DNA of 64,000 nucleotides from Arcobacteraceae bacterium (GCA_965224485.1 CBDCZH010000016.1:96001-160000); one strand, 5' to 3'; positions 30,718-41,551 are shown, numbered from the stretch's first letter. Notes: a model not told the origin generated them from the letters alone. Program-made: numbers and translations.

Positions 30718-30950
30718 TGTACGAACCAATTTCATGTGAATTTTACGATCAATTACAAGTTGCTATTCAAAGAAAGATACCCTCAACTATTGTATTTTTT
30801 AATGAAAACAAAGAACAAGAACTTAGAAAAGGACTTGTTACAACATTAGATGTTCTAGAGTATAAAGAATTTATGGTTTTAGATAATAAAGAAAAGATAC
30901 GACTAGATTTAGTTATATCTTTTAATGGAAAGAAATATATAGAGCTTTAG
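30717..30950 (+). CDS. rof: Rho-binding antiterminator Rof/YaeO family
   Basis: YEPISCEFYDQL ... KEF ... IRLD.VISF matches the Rof pattern. Confidence 0.8.
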   Translation: MYEPISCEFYDQLQVAIQRKIPSTIVFFNENKEQELRKGLVTTLDVLEYKEFMVLDNKEKIRLDLVISFNGKKYIEL

Positions 30951-30951
30951 C

Positions 30952-31341
30952 TTAGAAATCTAAGTGAAAAAACTCTTCTTTAACTTTTTTGTATTCTGCT
31001 ATTGAGCAAGTAATTTTTAAAGCATTATCATAATCTTTAAATTCTTCTAAAAAGAGTTTTTGTAAATCACTTACATTTGCTGTTCTGAAAACAAAATAAC
31101 CAAGAACTTTTGAAGCTCTTGAACCACTTTTATCTATTCCAAAACTATCAAAACTCCAATCAACTCCTTTTGAAAAGAAAAAAACTTCTTCAATTCTTTT
31201 AGTCAATTCTTCTTTTACTAAATGATTGTACTCTTTAAGATGTACATAAAAAGCAACATTTACGTTATATTCATCTTGTACTAGTTTCTTCTCATACTTT
31301 GTTTCTGGCGATTTTGTTATAGGTGAATTGTCCATTAACAT
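30952..31341 (-). CDS. hypothetical protein
   Basis: 129-aa ORF filling the gap. Confidence 0.6.
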   Translation of the reverse strand: MLMDNSPITKSPETKYEKKLVQDEYNVNVAFYVHLKEYNHLVKEELTKRIEEVFFFSKGVDWSFDSFGIDKSGSRASKVLGYFVFRTANVSDLQKLFLEEFKDYDNALKITCSIAEYKKVKEEFFHLDF

Positions 31342-31419
31342 CCCTGTTTTTAAATTGTTATCATTATATTATATAAGAATAGATAAAGAGATTAATTATT
31401 TATTAATCTCTTTTCTAAA

Positions 31420-32745
31420 TTATAAAATCATTACAGCAATAAAACCAAAAATAATAAGTGGTATATTAAAGTGTAAAAAAGTAGGTACAACAGTATCATA
31501 AATATGATCATGTTGCCCATCTGCATTTAATCCAGAAGTAGGCCCCAATGTTGAATCAGAAGCAGGTGATCCAGCATCACCTAAAGCACCAGCTGTTCCA
31601 ATTAAAGCAATAATAGCCAAAGGTGAGAATCCAAATTCTAAAGCAAGAGGAACATAAATAGTTGCAATAATAGGAATAGTTGAAAATGATGAACCAATAC
31701 CCATAGTAACTAGAAGTCCAATAATAAGCATAAAAATTGCAGCTAAGGCTTTATTATCACCAATAAGTAAGCTCAATGATGAAACTAATGCTTCAATACC
31801 ATTACTTGCTTTCATAACTTCTGCAAAACCTGAAGCAGCTATCATTATAAAACCAATCATTGCCATCATGTGAACACCTTTTGTAAATACATCTTGTGTT
31901 TGTGATAACTTTATAACTCCACCTAAGGTAAAAATAGTAAATCCAGCAAGTGAACCTAGAATAATTGAATTTGCATAAAGCTGTAAGTATAAAGCTACAA
32001 ATATTCCAACTATTGCTACAAAGATATGTTTCATATCAACAGAAGAATTTTCTTGTGATAAACCCTCAATTTGTACTTTTTTATATATTCTTGGTTTTCT
32101 ATAAGAGAAAAATATCGCTATTAATAAACCTAAAAACATTCCAAAAACAGGAATAGCCATTCCAAGAGGTAACATCGAAGCATCAGCTGCAACTCCATTA
32201 TCAATAAGATATTTTAAAAGTATATTTTGTAAAAATATTCCTCCAAAACCAATAGGTAAAAGCATATAGGTTGCTGTTAAACCAAAAGTAATTACACAAG
32301 CGATTAATCTTCTGTCCATATTTAAAGAAGAAATAACTTGAAGTAAAGGAGGAATTAATATAGGAATAAATGCAATATGAATTGGAATAATATTTTGAGA
32401 AGAAATAGCTGCACAAAGAATAAGTGAGATTAAAATAATTTTAACCCAAAGTCTTTCTTTTGCATTTGCATCACTATTTTTTAACTTTTTAATTACTTTA
32501 TTTGCTAATAAATCAGTAATTCCTGATCGTGAAATAGCAACAGCAAAGGCTCCTAACATAGCGTAACTTAAAGCAATAGAAGCTCCTCCGCCAAGTCCTT
32601 TATTAAAAGCATCCATTGTTTCAAGTAAAGATAAGTCTCCTACAAGACCACCTACAATTGCACTTATAATAAGAGCAATAACAACGTTTATTCTTAATAA
32701 ACTAAGAATTAGTAAAACTAAAACGGCAATTACAATAGCATTCAT
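31420..32745 (-). CDS. Na+/H+ antiporter family (YuiF-like) transporter
   Basis: [32 protein letters not shown]. Confidence 0.88.
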   Translation of the reverse strand: MNAIVIAVLVLLILSLLRINVVIALIISAIVGGLVGDLSLLETMDAFNKGLGGGASIALSYAMLGAFAVAISRSGITDLLANKVIKKLKNSDANAKERLWVKIILISLILCAAISSQNIIPIHIAFIPILIPPLLQVISSLNMDRRLIACVITFGLTATYMLLPIGFGGIFLQNILLKYLIDNGVAADASMLPLGMAIPVFGMFLGLLIAIFFSYRKPRIYKKVQIEGLSQENSSVDMKHIFVAIVGIFVALYLQLYANSIILGSLAGFTIFTLGGVIKLSQTQDVFTKGVHMMAMIGFIMIAASGFAEVMKASNGIEALVSSLSLLIGDNKALAAIFMLIIGLLVTMGIGSSFSTIPIIATIYVPLALEFGFSPLAIIALIGTAGALGDAGSPASDSTLGPTSGLNADGQHDHIYDTVVPTFLHFNIPLIIFGFIAVMIL

Positions 32746-32808
32746 TTAAATCCTTACATTAAATATTAAGATAAGGTTATATCATAAAAAATATTAAATA
32801 ACTTTTAG

Positions 32809-33570
32809 TTATACCTTTGAACAAAACTCTTCTATTTTTGAAGCAAAATAAACAGGAGTTTCTATCATAGGATAATGTCCAGCCTCGTTTGATTGAGAAA
32901 ATTTTAAATCTTTATATATAGGTGTAAATATTTTTTGAATATTTTCTAATGCAAAAAGAGCAAAATCATTTTTACCAACAATTATACGCACTGGTAATTC
33001 TAGGCTTTTAGCTTCTTGTAAAAAGTTTGTATATAAATACATTTTCATATAAGCAATTCTAGCTTCAAGTTTTGAGGCTTCATAAGCCATTTTAATTCTA
33101 CCCTCTCTCCACTTTTGATTATATCTTTTAGAAGAAGAGTTAACAATTTCTTCAATTTTACTTTCATTTTTTTGCATATCTTTTAAAAGTTTTACTTTTG
33201 CAAGTTCTGGAAGTTTTACACCTTCTGGACTAATTGGAGTTACTAAAATAAGCTTTTTAACTCTTTTGTCAATAAGAGCTAGTTTTTGGGCTATCATGCT
33301 TGACATAGAGTGGGCAATAATAGTAACTTCTTTAATATTTAAAATAGTAAGTAAATTAGAAATATCCATAGAAGCTTCTTCGCAAGTGTATTCTCCTAAT
33401 AAATCTTTTGATAAACCATAAGCTCTTAAATCAACAAAAATATAAGTAAATTTTTCTTCATCTAAATAAGGAAAAATTGGCTCATAATTTTTATAGTTGC
33501 CCATTAAGTCATGTAAAAGTATTACTTTTTCCTCACCTTTACCTATTATTTTATGAGCTAATTCAAGCAT
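32809..33570 (-). CDS. alpha/beta hydrolase
   Basis: DLRAYGLS, AHSMS nucleophile elbow, AGHYP. Confidence 0.88.
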   Translation of the reverse strand: MLELAHKIIGKGEEKVILLHDLMGNYKNYEPIFPYLDEEKFTYIFVDLRAYGLSKDLLGEYTCEEASMDISNLLTILNIKEVTIIAHSMSSMIAQKLALIDKRVKKLILVTPISPEGVKLPELAKVKLLKDMQKNESKIEEIVNSSSKRYNQKWREGRIKMAYEASKLEARIAYMKMYLYTNFLQEAKSLELPVRIIVGKNDFALFALENIQKIFTPIYKDLKFSQSNEAGHYPMIETPVYFASKIEEFCSKV

Positions 33571-33661
33571 TTTCTTCCTTCATTTTTAAGTAATTTAAAT
33601 TTTCACAAGTATACGATGATTTTATTTGACTTTAAATAAAGTAAAGTATATACTTCTATTT

Positions 33662-34288
33662 ATGAACACTTTAGAATTTTGGTTATTATATATTATTACT
33701 GTTTTTATAGCTTCGATTATTCCAGGACCTAGTATGCTTTTAGCACTATCTCATGGACTTAAATACGGAACTAAGATTTCCGTCGTTACTGCTTTGGGAA
33801 ATACAATAGCTTCTATGATACAAGCAACTATTGCTATTCTTACCTTAGACATAGTTTTATCATCCTCAACAAATGTATTTATATTTGTAAAATATTTAGG
33901 AGCTTTATATTTAGTGTATTTAGGTATAAAATTATTTAGAACACCTTTTATTATACATAGTGAAGAAGATAAACTTGAGGAAAAACCAAAACTAAAAAAA
34001 CTTTTTTCACAAGCTTTTATAGTTGCAGCTGCAAATCCTAAAGCCATACTATTTTTCACAGCTTTATTTCCTCAATTTATTCAAGAAAATAGAACTGGTT
34101 TTACTCATTATGTATTGTTAGTAGTAGCTTTAGGCTTTATTGCTTTTTTATGTATGATGATTTACTCTTTTTTAGCTACTAAGGTAAAAGGATTTTTTAC
34201 AAGATCTTCAATCTCAAAATATATTGGGAAATCAATAGGTAGTATGTTTATAAGTTTTGGTTTAGGTTTAGCTTTTGTTAGTAAATAA
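33662..34288 (+). CDS. LysE/RhtB family translocator
   Basis: IPGPSM, GALYLVYLG, NPKAILFF. Confidence 0.92.
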   Translation: MNTLEFWLLYIITVFIASIIPGPSMLLALSHGLKYGTKISVVTALGNTIASMIQATIAILTLDIVLSSSTNVFIFVKYLGALYLVYLGIKLFRTPFIIHSEEDKLEEKPKLKKLFSQAFIVAAANPKAILFFTALFPQFIQENRTGFTHYVLLVVALGFIAFLCMMIYSFLATKVKGFFTRSSISKYIGKSIGSMFISFGLGLAFVSK

Positions 34289-34305
34289 TATACTTTAATA
34301 ATATT

Positions 34306-34854
34306 TTGAAAATACACTTATTAATAATATCATTTTTTGCTATATTTATTCTAAGTTCTTGTTCTACAAAACATTTAAATAAGAGTTCATTAAAGAAAAA
34401 CCAAATTACACTTTTACAAAATTCTATACAAAATATGGCAAATACAGTTTCCAAAAAAGAAGCCTATACTTTAGCAAAAATTGCTGTTTTATACTCTCTT
34501 GAATTAAAAAAAAACTATAAACTTGTAAGTCCTGCTTTATATCACAATACTCTTATTAACATAGGTATAAAAGAGCGCGGTTTTTGTTATGATTTTACAC
34601 AAGATTTAATAAAAGAGCTTAAAAAACAAGATTTCAAGACACTTGAGCTTAGATGGGCAGTACATAAAAGAGGAAAATATTTTGAACATAATGCAGTTTT
34701 GATTACTGCTAAAAATAAGACTTTTAATTCTGGAATTATTTTAGATGCCTGGAGAAACTCCGGTATTTTATTTTGGTCTTATTTAAAAGAAGATAAAAAA
34801 TACTCTTGGAGTGAGAATATTAAAAAAAGTAAATTTTATGGAAATATTAAATAG
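34306..34854 (+). CDS. lipoprotein with Cys-His-Asp (transglutaminase-like) pattern
   Basis: LSSC lipobox; RGFCY, EHNAV, LDAWR. Confidence 0.65.
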   Translation: MKIHLLIISFFAIFILSSCSTKHLNKSSLKKNQITLLQNSIQNMANTVSKKEAYTLAKIAVLYSLELKKNYKLVSPALYHNTLINIGIKERGFCYDFTQDLIKELKKQDFKTLELRWAVHKRGKYFEHNAVLITAKNKTFNSGIILDAWRNSGILFWSYLKEDKKYSWSENIKKSKFYGNIK

Positions 34855-34886
34855 CTTTAATTCTTTAAAATAATTAAGAAAATAGC

Positions 34887-35171
34887 TTAAAATGCAAGTT
34901 TAAAAAAGACTTTATATAAAAGATCACTTTTTTTTAATTCTCCAAAGTCCCTACTATCATAAGAAAAAGCATCTTCACCTTTTACAAAATAGCCTTTTTG
35001 TGTAATAGAAGTAACTTTTTTAACCATTAAACCTCTTATTTTATCTTTAAATAAAACAAGATCATTTACTTTTATTTTTGAAAAAGTAAAAAGTTTTAGG
35101 CAAAACACTAACTCCCCCTCTTTTAAAAGAGGGTAAAGTGAAGAACCTTCAACTTTAAAAAGTTTGAACAT
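34887..35171 (-). CDS. sodX: nickel-SOD maturation protease (S26/S24-like)
   Basis: VEGSSLYPLL..G, VKKV, DSRDFG; directly downstream of sodN. Confidence 0.85.
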   Translation of the reverse strand: MFKLFKVEGSSLYPLLKEGELVFCLKLFTFSKIKVNDLVLFKDKIRGLMVKKVTSITQKGYFVKGEDAFSYDSRDFGELKKSDLLYKVFFKLAF

Positions 35172-35626
35172 TAAGCAGGAACGACAATCTCTTCATTAGG
35201 TAAATAATTTGATTTAACTTTTTTAGTGCTAACACCTTTGATTTCCCAAAAAATTTCTGCAAATTTATTTACTTCTTCTAAAAGTTCATAAGCTTTATCT
35301 CTTGAAACATGCTGTCTATTTGCAGATGCTAAAGTCATAATAGTATGTACTAAAGAATGAATTTGTGGATATTTTTCAATTTGTGGAGCTTTAATAAAAT
35401 CTCCCCAAATAATTCTAATTTCATGTTTTACTTTTTCTGCTTCTTCTTCTTTAACAGCGATATGTCTAGAAACAGTATTAATATATTCTAAACTATCACT
35501 TTTTTCTAAAGCAATCATCAGATCAACCATTCTTATAACACTAAGTGCTGCTATTTGAGCAGTAATTGGGTCATATATCCCACAAGGTACATCACAATGT
35601 GCTTTTACAGTTTCTATTTTAAACAT
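35171..35626 (-). CDS. sodN: nickel superoxide dismutase
   Basis: Ni-hook HCDVPCGIYDP after a 9-aa leader. Confidence 0.95.
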   Translation of the reverse strand: MFKIETVKAHCDVPCGIYDPITAQIAALSVIRMVDLMIALEKSDSLEYINTVSRHIAVKEEEAEKVKHEIRIIWGDFIKAPQIEKYPQIHSLVHTIMTLASANRQHVSRDKAYELLEEVNKFAEIFWEIKGVSTKKVKSNYLPNEEIVVPA

Positions 35627-36222
35627 TTTTTATCCTTTAATTTTTCTATCATTTGTTCAACTTTAAGCTCTTTTGCTAAAGAAATAGCAGAATTACCAAA
35701 GCTGTCCTCATACATTTTATTAGCTCCGTGCTCTAATAAAAACTCAATTAAACTTATTTTATTATACAGTACTGCGTAAATTAATGGTGTAGCTTTTTGT
35801 TTATCTTTTTGATTTATATCTAAACCACATCTTAGTAAAGTCTCTAATAAGTTGATATTATTCTTATATACACAATAATGCATAGCATGTAAATCTTTTT
35901 TATATTCTACTAATAAATTAATATGCAAAGATAATAAAATCTCAGTCGCTACTAAGTTATTTGAATATATTGCCCAAAACAAGGCATTTCTTCCTTTTTG
36001 ATCTCTTATATTTAAATTTGCTCCATAATTAATACAATCTATTATCTTATGATTTAAGTTCAATACAATTGCTTCAAATAAAACACACCAACCTACATTA
36101 TTTTGAGCATTTATATCTGCACCATTAAATAAGAGTTGATTAAATGTTTCTTCTTCTTTTATATTAGAAATAAGTAAGGAAGATAAATCAAATTTATGAT
36201 TTATTAAATTATTATTACTCAT
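35614..36222 (-). CDS. ankyrin repeat protein
   Basis: GADIN, GRNALFWA and TPLIYA repeats. Confidence 0.9.
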   Translation of the reverse strand: MSNNNLINHKFDLSSLLISNIKEEETFNQLLFNGADINAQNNVGWCVLFEAIVLNLNHKIIDCINYGANLNIRDQKGRNALFWAIYSNNLVATEILLSLHINLLVEYKKDLHAMHYCVYKNNINLLETLLRCGLDINQKDKQKATPLIYAVLYNKISLIEFLLEHGANKMYEDSFGNSAISLAKELKVEQMIEKLKDKKCLK

Positions 36223-36332
36223 TTTACCCCTTAATCTAAAATCTTACATAATATTATCATATAAAGCTTAAAATATATTGAGAATTAATATCGTTTTAGT
36301 AATACTTATATTACTTTAATTTAGGAGATAAA

Positions 36333-36974
36333 ATGGAACAAACAGCCTTAATATTAATTTTTTGGTATGGAATTTTACATGCTTTTGGACCTGATCACTT
36401 ATCAGCAATAGCTGATTTTTCACTTGGTAAAAATAAGAAAAAGACAATGCTTATAACAGTACTATTTGCCTTTGGTCATGGTATATCACTTTTAGCTTTT
36501 GCTAAAATTTTAGAAGTTTATGCACTTAGTGATAAAGTTCTTTCATATGGAGATACTGTTTCTGCTTTAGTTATATTATTAATGGGAGTATATTTATTAT
36601 ATATGGTTTATTCAAATAAAATTCATTTAAATAAACATATACATAAAGGAGAAGAGCATTTTCATATTTATTTTGGAAAAGAACATTCTCATACAAAAAA
36701 AGACCTAAGTTCAGCTTTTGCTATTGGAACACTTATGGGTATTGGAGGAGTAAGAGGTATGTTAATAACCCTTTCTTTAGTTCAAAATCAAGAAGTTAAT
36801 ATATATATGGTATTAGCATTTACTCTAGGAGTTATGTTAATCTTTATCTCTTTTGGAGCTTGTATCTTATACATAAATAAAAATTTATTAAATTCTAAGA
36901 AAAATATTAGAAGAGTATTTAGCTTAGCAGGTATTATTTCAGCTGTTGTAGGTTCATCTATGCTACTTTCTTAA
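36333..36974 (+). CDS. nickel/cobalt transporter-like membrane protein (NiCoT/UreH type)
   Basis: HAFGPDH, FGHG and His-rich loop. Confidence 0.78.
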   Translation: MEQTALILIFWYGILHAFGPDHLSAIADFSLGKNKKKTMLITVLFAFGHGISLLAFAKILEVYALSDKVLSYGDTVSALVILLMGVYLLYMVYSNKIHLNKHIHKGEEHFHIYFGKEHSHTKKDLSSAFAIGTLMGIGGVRGMLITLSLVQNQEVNIYMVLAFTLGVMLIFISFGACILYINKNLLNSKKNIRRVFSLAGIISAVVGSSMLLS

Positions 36975-37019
36975 CTTTTATTTTAAAATCTTTTGATAAA
37001 ATATCAAAAAAGGTTTAAA

Positions 37020-37316
37020 ATGAATAGAGTTGTAGTAATTGCAAAGATAAAAATAAAAGAAGAGTTCTATTTAGATGTATATAAAGAGCTTTTATTAATA
37101 TATAAACACACCCATGAAAATGATGAAGGATGTATTCAATATGATTTACATAATGACTTAGATGATAAGCATACTTTTATTTTCGTAGAAACTTGGGAAA
37201 ATAAAACATATTTAGATGAACATATGAAGCAAAAACATTTTTTAAATTTTATAAAAGAAATAAGCTCTAAAATTGAAAGTTTAGAAGTAAATAAACTACT
37301 TAAAATTGATATTTAA
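37020..37316 (+). CDS. antibiotic-biosynthesis monooxygenase (putative quinol monooxygenase)
   Basis: EGCIQYDLH, FVETW, HM...HF. Confidence 0.85.
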   Translation: MNRVVVIAKIKIKEEFYLDVYKELLLIYKHTHENDEGCIQYDLHNDLDDKHTFIFVETWENKTYLDEHMKQKHFLNFIKEISSKIESLEVNKLLKIDI

Positions 37317-37322
37317 GTAAAA

Positions 37323-37352
37323 AAACTTTCACATTTGAACATGTGAAAGTTT
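37323..37352. terminator. bidirectional terminator between convergent genes
   Basis: AAACTTTCACAT-N6-ATGTGAAAGTTT. Confidence 0.75.
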
Positions 37353-37368
37353 GTTTAATACTAAATAA

Positions 37369-38493
37369 TTATAGTTTATCTAAGGTTTCTACTAAAGCTT
37401 GTAAACAAGATTTTCCTAAATCACTTGATCTCTTAGCAGACCAGCCAAATTCTTTATTTGGAGTTTTTATAGTGTCTTTAAAAGGCATTTCTAAAGTCAT
37501 AGCTAAAGCATTGAAAGTAAAGGCTAAATAGTTAGTTCCTACTGTCATTAGAGCCTTTCCGTGCTTGTCAATATCATATCCTATTTCTGTTTGGAAATCT
37601 GGATTATTTTTTTGTAAAGCTTCTTGAAATGTATCTAATTGTTCTTGTTTTTTATTATTCCAAGAAACAATACCTTGTGCTCCTGCAATAAAATTATAAG
37701 CTAATTCTTCATCTCCATGAATATCTAAGCAAAAATCCATTCCTACAAGTTTCATTTTCTCTTTTACTAAAAAAACTTCAGGTGATTTTTCCATACTTGG
37801 GTTTAACCATTCTCTATTTAAATTAGCCCCTGCTGCATTTGTACGTAAGTTTCCTCTAAAAGAACCATCGGGATTCATATTTGGAACTATATAAAAGACT
37901 ACTTTTGTAAGAAGTTCTCGCACTAAAGCATTTTGCTCATCTAATAAACTTTCTAAAATACCTTCCATACACCATTGTGCCATTGTTTCACCAGGGTGCT
38001 GTCTTGCTATTAACCAACATACTTTTTTATTTTTACTATGTTCTCCAATTTTTAATAAATCCATATCAAAACCATCAAGACTAGATCCTAAGTTTATATA
38101 TTCAACTCTAGGATGTATTTGAGCTTTTGCTATTAAATCATCATGTTTTTGCATTGAGTATGGAGTAAAATAAGCATAATAAACAATATCATGTAAGGGT
38201 TCATGGGAGATTAAAAGTTTTTCGCCATCATAAAAAGTATCAACTCTAAACCAAGTTTGTCTATCATAAGAAGCAAGAGCTTTATATCCATGCCAAGCAT
38301 TTGCATATGAAGTTTTACTTGCATTTTGAATTTCCAAACTACAAGCAATACTCTTCGCTCCTGTCAATTTAAAATAAAACCATTGAAAAAAATCAGAATT
38401 ATTATCTTTTTTAATTTCTAGTTTTATTTTACCAGTATTACAAATATCAAGACAGTTAATATTTCCACCATCAAAGTTGCTACTTATAGTCAT
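37369..38493 (-). CDS. M14 cytosolic carboxypeptidase (CCP/Nna1-like)
   Basis: NFDGGNI, WFYF, ARQHPGE, NPDG, NLNREW, DIHGDE. Confidence 0.9.
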   Translation of the reverse strand: MTISSNFDGGNINCLDICNTGKIKLEIKKDNNSDFFQWFYFKLTGAKSIACSLEIQNASKTSYANAWHGYKALASYDRQTWFRVDTFYDGEKLLISHEPLHDIVYYAYFTPYSMQKHDDLIAKAQIHPRVEYINLGSSLDGFDMDLLKIGEHSKNKKVCWLIARQHPGETMAQWCMEGILESLLDEQNALVRELLTKVVFYIVPNMNPDGSFRGNLRTNAAGANLNREWLNPSMEKSPEVFLVKEKMKLVGMDFCLDIHGDEELAYNFIAGAQGIVSWNNKKQEQLDTFQEALQKNNPDFQTEIGYDIDKHGKALMTVGTNYLAFTFNALAMTLEMPFKDTIKTPNKEFGWSAKRSSDLGKSCLQALVETLDKL

Positions 38494-38565
38494 TTTCTTC
38501 CTTTTATTCTTCTTTATACATTATAAGAATAAAAAGTAGTTAATAAGTGTGCTTTTATACTAAAT

Positions 38566-38940
38566 TTATACTTTTTGAGAACTATGTCTTTGCATAAACT
38601 TAAAAGTACCATATAAAAGGATAAAAACAGAAGTAATCACAATAATGGCTTCTTTAAATAAGGTAACTTCAGTAGCACTATAACCACTTAAAAAAGAGTT
38701 TCCTAAAAAAATTCCATAAAAACTAAATAAAGAAATATAAACAACAACTATAAATCGTTGAGCATCAGAGAGAATTTTCTTTCTTTTTAAATTTGTAACT
38801 AGAAAAACCATAGTGACACTAATAATGAAAAAAACCATACTCGCTAAAGTCATACTCTTTTCAACATATAAATCATTTACAACAAAATATCCCAATACTC
38901 CAAGAAAAAGTATCAATACTAAATAAATTCCATTTTTCAT
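38566..38940 (-). CDS. hypothetical 4-TM membrane protein
   Basis: AAGGA RBS; hydrophobic segments. Confidence 0.7.
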   Translation of the reverse strand: MKNGIYLVLILFLGVLGYFVVNDLYVEKSMTLASMVFFIISVTMVFLVTNLKRKKILSDAQRFIVVVYISLFSFYGIFLGNSFLSGYSATEVTLFKEAIIVITSVFILLYGTFKFMQRHSSQKV

Positions 38941-39096
38941 AATAAGTCCTTTGTCATATTATATAAAGTAAAAAACTAAATTAAATAATTTAATATGTTA
39001 TATAAACACTTTAAGTACACTTTAAGGAGGTGATATTAATTAGTAATTTATACTGTTTATAAGTTCTAAATAAAAGCTTACAATTATGTAAGCCTT

Positions 39097-39741
39097 TTAG
39101 TTTTCAACTCTTTTTTCTAAAGACTTTTTATAAGCAGGTCCTAATTCAAGGCAAGCTAATATTTTTTTAATATTAGCTTGATTCTCTTTTGCTTTTAGAA
39201 AAGATTTATTGATAAACTCTATATTTAAAGTCTCGTATTTTCGTGAAAGTAGTTTTAGTTTTGAGTTTTTATCGATATATCCTTCTTTTATAACTCTTAG
39301 ATAAAATCCAGTTTTGCACTCTTTTATTGCATCTACACTAATAGTTTTAATTCCTAAAATTGAAGATATTTTATAACAAGGTTCTCTTGGTTGACTTACT
39401 TCTAGAATAGTCTCACCAAAAGAAAATCTATCTGCTAAACAAATATCTTTATCTTTTATATTTAAAAGTGTTATATTCTCAGCAAAAGAGCAAGGACTTA
39501 GGCTTAGATCATATTTTTTTTCAAAAAATTCATACTCATCTTTACAAAAAGCACAAATAGCTTTATGCTCTCCTCCATGATGTTTTTTATCACTTTGAGT
39601 ATCACTTAATATTCCATTTTTATTTACATATACTTTTGTTGTAAGTTCTTTTTTCTCATAAGAACTTACAAATGTTTTGCCATTTTTTATATATGTTTTC
39701 TTCTTTCCAGAATATAAAGCAAATAGTTTAATTTCTAACAA
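39097..39741 (-). CDS. MOSC domain protein (YiiM-like)
   Basis: HHGG..KA, FAENIT, SQPREPCYK, TGFYLRV. Confidence 0.9.
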   Translation of the reverse strand: MLEIKLFALYSGKKKTYIKNGKTFVSSYEKKELTTKVYVNKNGILSDTQSDKKHHGGEHKAICAFCKDEYEFFEKKYDLSLSPCSFAENITLLNIKDKDICLADRFSFGETILEVSQPREPCYKISSILGIKTISVDAIKECKTGFYLRVIKEGYIDKNSKLKLLSRKYETLNIEFINKSFLKAKENQANIKKILACLELGPAYKKSLEKRVEN

Positions 39742-39788
39742 ATTAGATTCCTTTCAACATTGAATTTTTAAATTACAAGCAGAAGGTT

Positions 39789-41378
39789 CTATCTTCTTAA
39801 AGCTTTTAATGCATCAAGCAAGTACTTAGGATTATGTATAGAATCATACATTTTAAGTACTTCTTTATTGGTATCAAATAAACCATAAACAGCCATTTGT
39901 GCTGTTCTTACTGAATATTCTACGGTAAAGACACAATCATTAGGAACTTCTGCAAATTGCCCTAAAAAAGCAAAGTTTGTTGCACCTTTTGGTATTACAT
40001 CAGGTCTATCACCAATGTTTCTTGGCATAAACAAACTATCTATATAAGGCATAGAGACTGGTATGCAATTTATCTTTCCATCTTTAGTACTTTTTTTCAT
40101 TAAATTCTGAATATTTAAGTGATAATATAACTCTTCTAAAATTTCTTCTCCATTACACTCAGCCATTGTTTTATTTATATGATTACCTTTTCTATCAGGA
40201 TAAAGTCCATAACCCCAAAATATTTTAACATCCAAGGGTTGATTTGGAAAATGTGCTTGTCTTGCTATTACAAAAGACATAAGCCAATTTGAATCAGTAA
40301 TTGTTACAAGACCTCCTGTTCCATCAACATTTCCAGAAAATTCTTCCATATAATCATGAAAAGTATTATCTTGCATAGTTACTGTAAAGGAGTACCATTT
40401 TTGTAAATTAATATCATCACAAAATACAGAAGGGTTCCCAAAAGAACTATCCTTTTTTGCAAGTTTCTTCCATAATTTCCAAGATCCAGACTCTTCTAAA
40501 CCTTTAAGTTTAGCAGGTCTTCTCCAGGTTCCATTATCGCTACTATCAGTAATAGAGCCATTTGTAATAAATACAAAGTCATTTTTACCTAAAACTATTT
40601 CATCTTTATTTTTTAGATGAAGGATTGTTGCTGTTTTTTTGTCAGAAGATATATTAAAATCAATATCAATAACTTCTTTCCCTAATTCAAAATTTACACT
40701 TTTTTCTTCAAGATATTTTTTTAATGGTCTTACAACAGAATCATATTGATTATATTTAGTTCTCATAATTCCACCTAATCTATTAAGACCATCAATATGA
40801 TGAATAAATCTTTTCATATATCTTCTCATTTCAGCCAAACTACTCCATTTTTGGAAAGCAAACATTGTTGTCCATATATTCCAAAAATTTGTTTCAAAAA
40901 AATCTTGCTTAAACCAGTCTTCAATTCTTTTATTTCCCAATGATTCTTCTGAAACAAAAATTAATTTCAAAAAGTCTATTTGGTCTTCAAAAGATAAACC
41001 ATAAGAAGAAACATCTAATATTTTTCCATCTTTTAATAAACGAGCTTTGGCATTTGAAATAAACTTCTTATTAAAATCAAAAGACTCATCTTTTACTGAA
41101 ATATTCTCATCTTCTAAAGAAGGAATATTTGAAAGCAAGTCCCAATAACATTCATAATGAAGTTCATGCATCCTTCCCCCACGAACAACAAAACCACTAT
41201 CTTTATCTCCTGCTCCATCAGTTGCTCCACCAACAATTTTGTCTTTTTCTAAAATATAAATATTTTTTCCAAGAACACCTGCATCTTTTTGCAAATATAC
41301 AGCACTTGCAAGAGAAGCTATCCCACCACCAATTAAGTAAACTTTAGAATTCTTTGATATTTTATTATTTGACATCAT
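39789..41378 (-). CDS. oleate hydratase (MCRA family)
   Basis: GGGIASL FAD motif, RGGRM, YNQYDS, VFTVEYSVRTA. Confidence 0.92.
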   Translation of the reverse strand: MMSNNKISKNSKVYLIGGGIASLASAVYLQKDAGVLGKNIYILEKDKIVGGATDGAGDKDSGFVVRGGRMHELHYECYWDLLSNIPSLEDENISVKDESFDFNKKFISNAKARLLKDGKILDVSSYGLSFEDQIDFLKLIFVSEESLGNKRIEDWFKQDFFETNFWNIWTTMFAFQKWSSLAEMRRYMKRFIHHIDGLNRLGGIMRTKYNQYDSVVRPLKKYLEEKSVNFELGKEVIDIDFNISSDKKTATILHLKNKDEIVLGKNDFVFITNGSITDSSDNGTWRRPAKLKGLEESGSWKLWKKLAKKDSSFGNPSVFCDDINLQKWYSFTVTMQDNTFHDYMEEFSGNVDGTGGLVTITDSNWLMSFVIARQAHFPNQPLDVKIFWGYGLYPDRKGNHINKTMAECNGEEILEELYYHLNIQNLMKKSTKDGKINCIPVSMPYIDSLFMPRNIGDRPDVIPKGATNFAFLGQFAEVPNDCVFTVEYSVRTAQMAVYGLFDTNKEVLKMYDSIHNPKYLLDALKALRR

Positions 41379-41551
41379 CTTCTCCTAAATTTATTTTATT
41401 CTCTATTATAGTACATTTTAAAGATTAATAATAAATATTAAGTTTTTATTATAAGTATAAAAATGATTTTTTGCTTAATCTTTTTTATTCAGTGTTATTT
41501 TTATTATAAATTTGTTATCATTAGCAAAAAATAATATATTCAAGGCAATCA

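Noticed and set aside
39000..39065. Strong AAGGAGG and an ACACTTTAAG direct repeat in an intergenic gap
   Set aside because: No suitably spaced start codon or credible ORF; too little to call an sRNA
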